Positions 61,877 to 64,000 of a stretch of 64,000 nucleotides of DNA are shown here, piece after piece. Both the position numbers and the translations under genes were made by a program. Under the pieces are notes generated by a model. The model did no database searches and was not told the DNA's origin. It saw only the letters and a list, made by a program, of their open reading frames with translations. The stretch lies in the IMG/VR virus record IMGVR_UViG_2859564202_000001. One strand, written 5' to 3'. Positions within the stretch are counted from its first letter, which is position 1. Each line of letters begins with the position of its first letter. This stretch comes from a virus. Lineage: Duplodnaviria > Caudoviricetes.

Positions 61877-61966
61877 ATCAATCTTCTCCTACATTGTGCT
61901 GTTCATGATCTGAGACAAACACCCCAACAATCAAAAAGTTTGTTGGGGTGTGGTGTATTGCGCCTT

Positions 61967-62848
61967 TTAAAACGGTGGCTCGTTATCCATCTGAGGTTGT
62001 GCTGCCGGCTGCTGCGTCTGCGGTGCCAGAGCTGCTGCTACTGCTGGCGGCTGCGTCTGCGGTGCCAGAGCTGCTGCTACTGCTGGCGGCTGGTTAAACG
62101 GATTCCCAGCAGGTGCCTGCGGTGCCTGAGCTGCTGCTGCCTGCTGCTGCGCGGTTGCATGAGCTACCGCGTCTGCATAGACAGGGGCTCCTGCATATGC
62201 TGGCTGCTGGCCCTGTGGCACTGGTGCCTGGAATTGCTGATTCTGCATAACTGGCTGCGGTGCCACCTGTGGTGCTTGAGCCTGGGTCGCTTGGGCTTGT
62301 GCAGCCTTCTGCGCTTCTGCTGCTTGGCGATTCATTGCCACAGCCATAAACTGCTGCTGCTGAATATTCATCGCGTCCGAAATAGGAACCCCAGATGGCT
62401 GCAGAGACTTAGTGTTCATGACCGCAGGGAGAGACTTGCCGTCCTTGGTCTTCGGGAACATGACATCAGCCTTGACCAACATGGAGTAACCAACTGTCTC
62501 ACCGTCTTTGCTCAAGAGCGGGGTCATATGGTTGCGCCCCTGTGCTGCCACCGTCTGCATCGCTTGAATCTGCGCATCAGAATACGCAACACCTGTGTTG
62601 CGCTGACCGTCCTTAGTGTCAAGATGCAGATGAGGCATAGTCTGTGGTGCAAGATTCGCATTCGCACGAGTGCCGTCAGCGTCAATCGGAATCTGCGCTA
62701 CCTGAACATCCACAAAGTGGACAGTGTTACCCTTTTCGGTCACATGCTTGGCGCTGTCGTAGACGTTGACAACAAGATCTACACCTTTAGTAGACGCGTT
62801 CGGATTGATGACATTGCCATCTTTATCCTTGCTTCGAAAATTAGCCAT
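61967..62848 (-). CDS. Protein with Q/A/P-rich linker and SSB-type C-terminus DNEPPF
   Basis: Terminal MDNEPPF; GAAAGGG RBS. Confidence 0.75.
   Translation of the reverse strand: MANFRSKDKDGNVINPNASTKGVDLVVNVYDSAKHVTEKGNTVHFVDVQVAQIPIDADGTRANANLAPQTMPHLHLDTKDGQRNTGVAYSDAQIQAMQTVAAQGRNHMTPLLSKDGETVGYSMLVKADVMFPKTKDGKSLPAVMNTKSLQPSGVPISDAMNIQQQQFMAVAMNRQAAEAQKAAQAQATQAQAPQVAPQPVMQNQQFQAPVPQGQQPAYAGAPVYADAVAHATAQQQAAAAQAPQAPAGNPFNQPPAVAAALAPQTQPPAVAAALAPQTQQPAAQPQMDNEPPF
62011..62092. repeat. 39-bp tandem duplication (QPPAVAAALAPQT x2)
   Basis: gctgcgtctgcggtgccagagctgctgctactgctggcg at 62011 and 62050. Confidence 0.9.
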
Positions 62849-63074
62849 GATACAAACCCTTTCACACTAATTTGTTCGGGACTTTTTATATTACTTCCCA
62901 GAACAATTCTTATTAAGTATTAATGTGAAGCATAATCACCTTGTCAAACAAATGCAATACTTTTCTTTAAAACTTATGAGATTCATTTACCATTGCTGAA
63001 ATATACTTTTAAATTAATAAAAGAACACTTCGACTTAATTCATATCAAAGTGTTCTTTTTTTTTAATCAACCGC

Positions 63075-63998
63075 CTACCCCAATCCACCATCACGGGTAC
63101 TCCGCAGCTGTGAATCCAGCACAGCTCGATCCACAGCATCACGAATCAGTGGCTGCACTCGCTTATCTAGCGCAACTGTTCTACCCCGCTTAATCTGCAC
63201 CGACTCCGGTTGTACATGTCGTTGCACCACCTCGAACGCTGGTTGCGTGGTCTCCTGATCAATTTCTTGTTGTCGCTGTGCTACCAACTCACGCTCACGA
63301 CGAGCCTGCTCTTCCGCTGCACGCTGAGCGCGTTGTCGCGCCTGCTCTCTAATTCTGGCAAGCATGGCACTACGCAAAATACCTGTACGGGATACCTCAC
63401 TACTGGTTGCTTCCATGCGAGTTATGTCCGCGCCGGCATGATCAAGCTCTTCTGCCACTGCTTCTGGTTCCTGCTGCGAACTGATCATCCACTCCCGAGC
63501 GCGTTCAAAAGCATAACGTCGCTGGGTGACTAACTCACCGTAACTACGCACAATGGGCTGACTGACCTTCTGATCGCTAAACCAGTCATAGTGAAGATCG
63601 TGCAGGTCAGCGCCACGCACCTGCTCAAAATCATGCTCCGGTCGAAACACGACCTGAAACCTGCCACGCAAGGTGTGCACTGGATCATGAGCGCTCACAT
63701 CACGACTATCACGTAACTCTTCGTCAAGGTATGTGCGCACAGAATCAGATACATCAGCGACCGGCAACTCAATTGTTTGCTGCTGTATCTGGCGTTCATC
63801 TGCACCCTCTCCCCCAGATTCACGTAGATCTGCTGCATCCATCAATACAGCATCACCTTCAACCTCTAAACGTGCACCGAGCTGTGCCCATTCTCGTCGC
63901 AAATCATCAATTTTTTGCTGATAGGTCACCATCATGCGCTCAATTCGGCCATCCAGGACCGCACGCCCAGCTTTACCCTCAGCGCCTGTTCGAGCCAA
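63075..63998 (-). CDS. Coiled-coil hypothetical protein (probably 5'-truncated by window edge)
   Basis: ORF runs to the window end; followed by a hairpin at about 63019-63064. Confidence 0.7.
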   Translation of the reverse strand: MARTGAEGKAGRAVLDGRIERMMVTYQQKIDDLRREWAQLGARLEVEGDAVLMDAADLRESGGEGADERQIQQQTIELPVADVSDSVRTYLDEELRDSRDVSAHDPVHTLRGRFQVVFRPEHDFEQVRGADLHDLHYDWFSDQKVSQPIVRSYGELVTQRRYAFERAREWMISSQQEPEAVAEELDHAGADITRMEATSSEVSRTGILRSAMLARIREQARQRAQRAAEEQARRERELVAQRQQEIDQETTQPAFEVVQRHVQPESVQIKRGRTVALDKRVQPLIRDAVDRAVLDSQLRSTRDGGLG

Positions 63999-64000
63999 TA

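Larger units (their letters stand above)
1..64000. mobile_element. Part of a large integrated prophage/ICE-like element (recognised as C. glutamicum CGP3); both ends lie outside the window
   Basis: Dense phage/plasmid-type replication genes, CgpS, the CglI RM operon, a VirD4-like gene, AT-rich intergenic islands and no housekeeping genes. Identity is from recall, not a search. Confidence 0.9.

Noticed and set aside
61940-62923. 327-aa Cys/Arg-rich + strand ORF (likewise 11438-12292 and 11974-12420)
   Set aside because: Shadow frames of Q/A/P-rich genes.
1-64000. tRNA/rRNA genes, IS transposases, integrase/att sites, virion genes
   Set aside because: None recognisable by eye; divergent structural genes among the hypotheticals cannot be excluded without HMM searches.

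Overview
The window is an integrated mobile element. I recognise it from memory (cgpS, cglIM-cglIR-cglIIR; no database search) as the central part of the CGP3 'prophage' of Corynebacterium glutamicum. The left half (+ strand, 1-28.5 kb) carries replication and nucleotide-metabolism genes: family-B-like DNA polymerase, VRR-NUC nuclease, SNF2 and UvrD helicases, primase-polymerase, MoxR/VWA/Clp ATPases, NUDIX hydrolase, dNMP kinase, plus the Lsr2-like silencer CgpS on the - strand. The right half (- strand) is a conjugation-like module with a 2169-aa single-chain two-barrel RNA polymerase, interrupted by the CglI restriction-modification operon. Main finding: four 'separate' ORFs over 12 kb (54597 to 42432) are one VirD4/TraG coupling-protein gene. 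It is interrupted by (i) a group I intron in the Walker A motif, (ii) an RT-less group II intron with a nuclease ORF in domain II, and (iii) a naturally split, Ala-starting class-3 intein whose halves lie 3.7 kb apart in separate transcription units. Each interruption has its own putative homing endonuclease. Read-through into the unspliced group II intron adds a tmRNA-like degron (NYALAA-stop). No CRISPR array, tRNA, rRNA or recognisable capsid/tail gene was seen.
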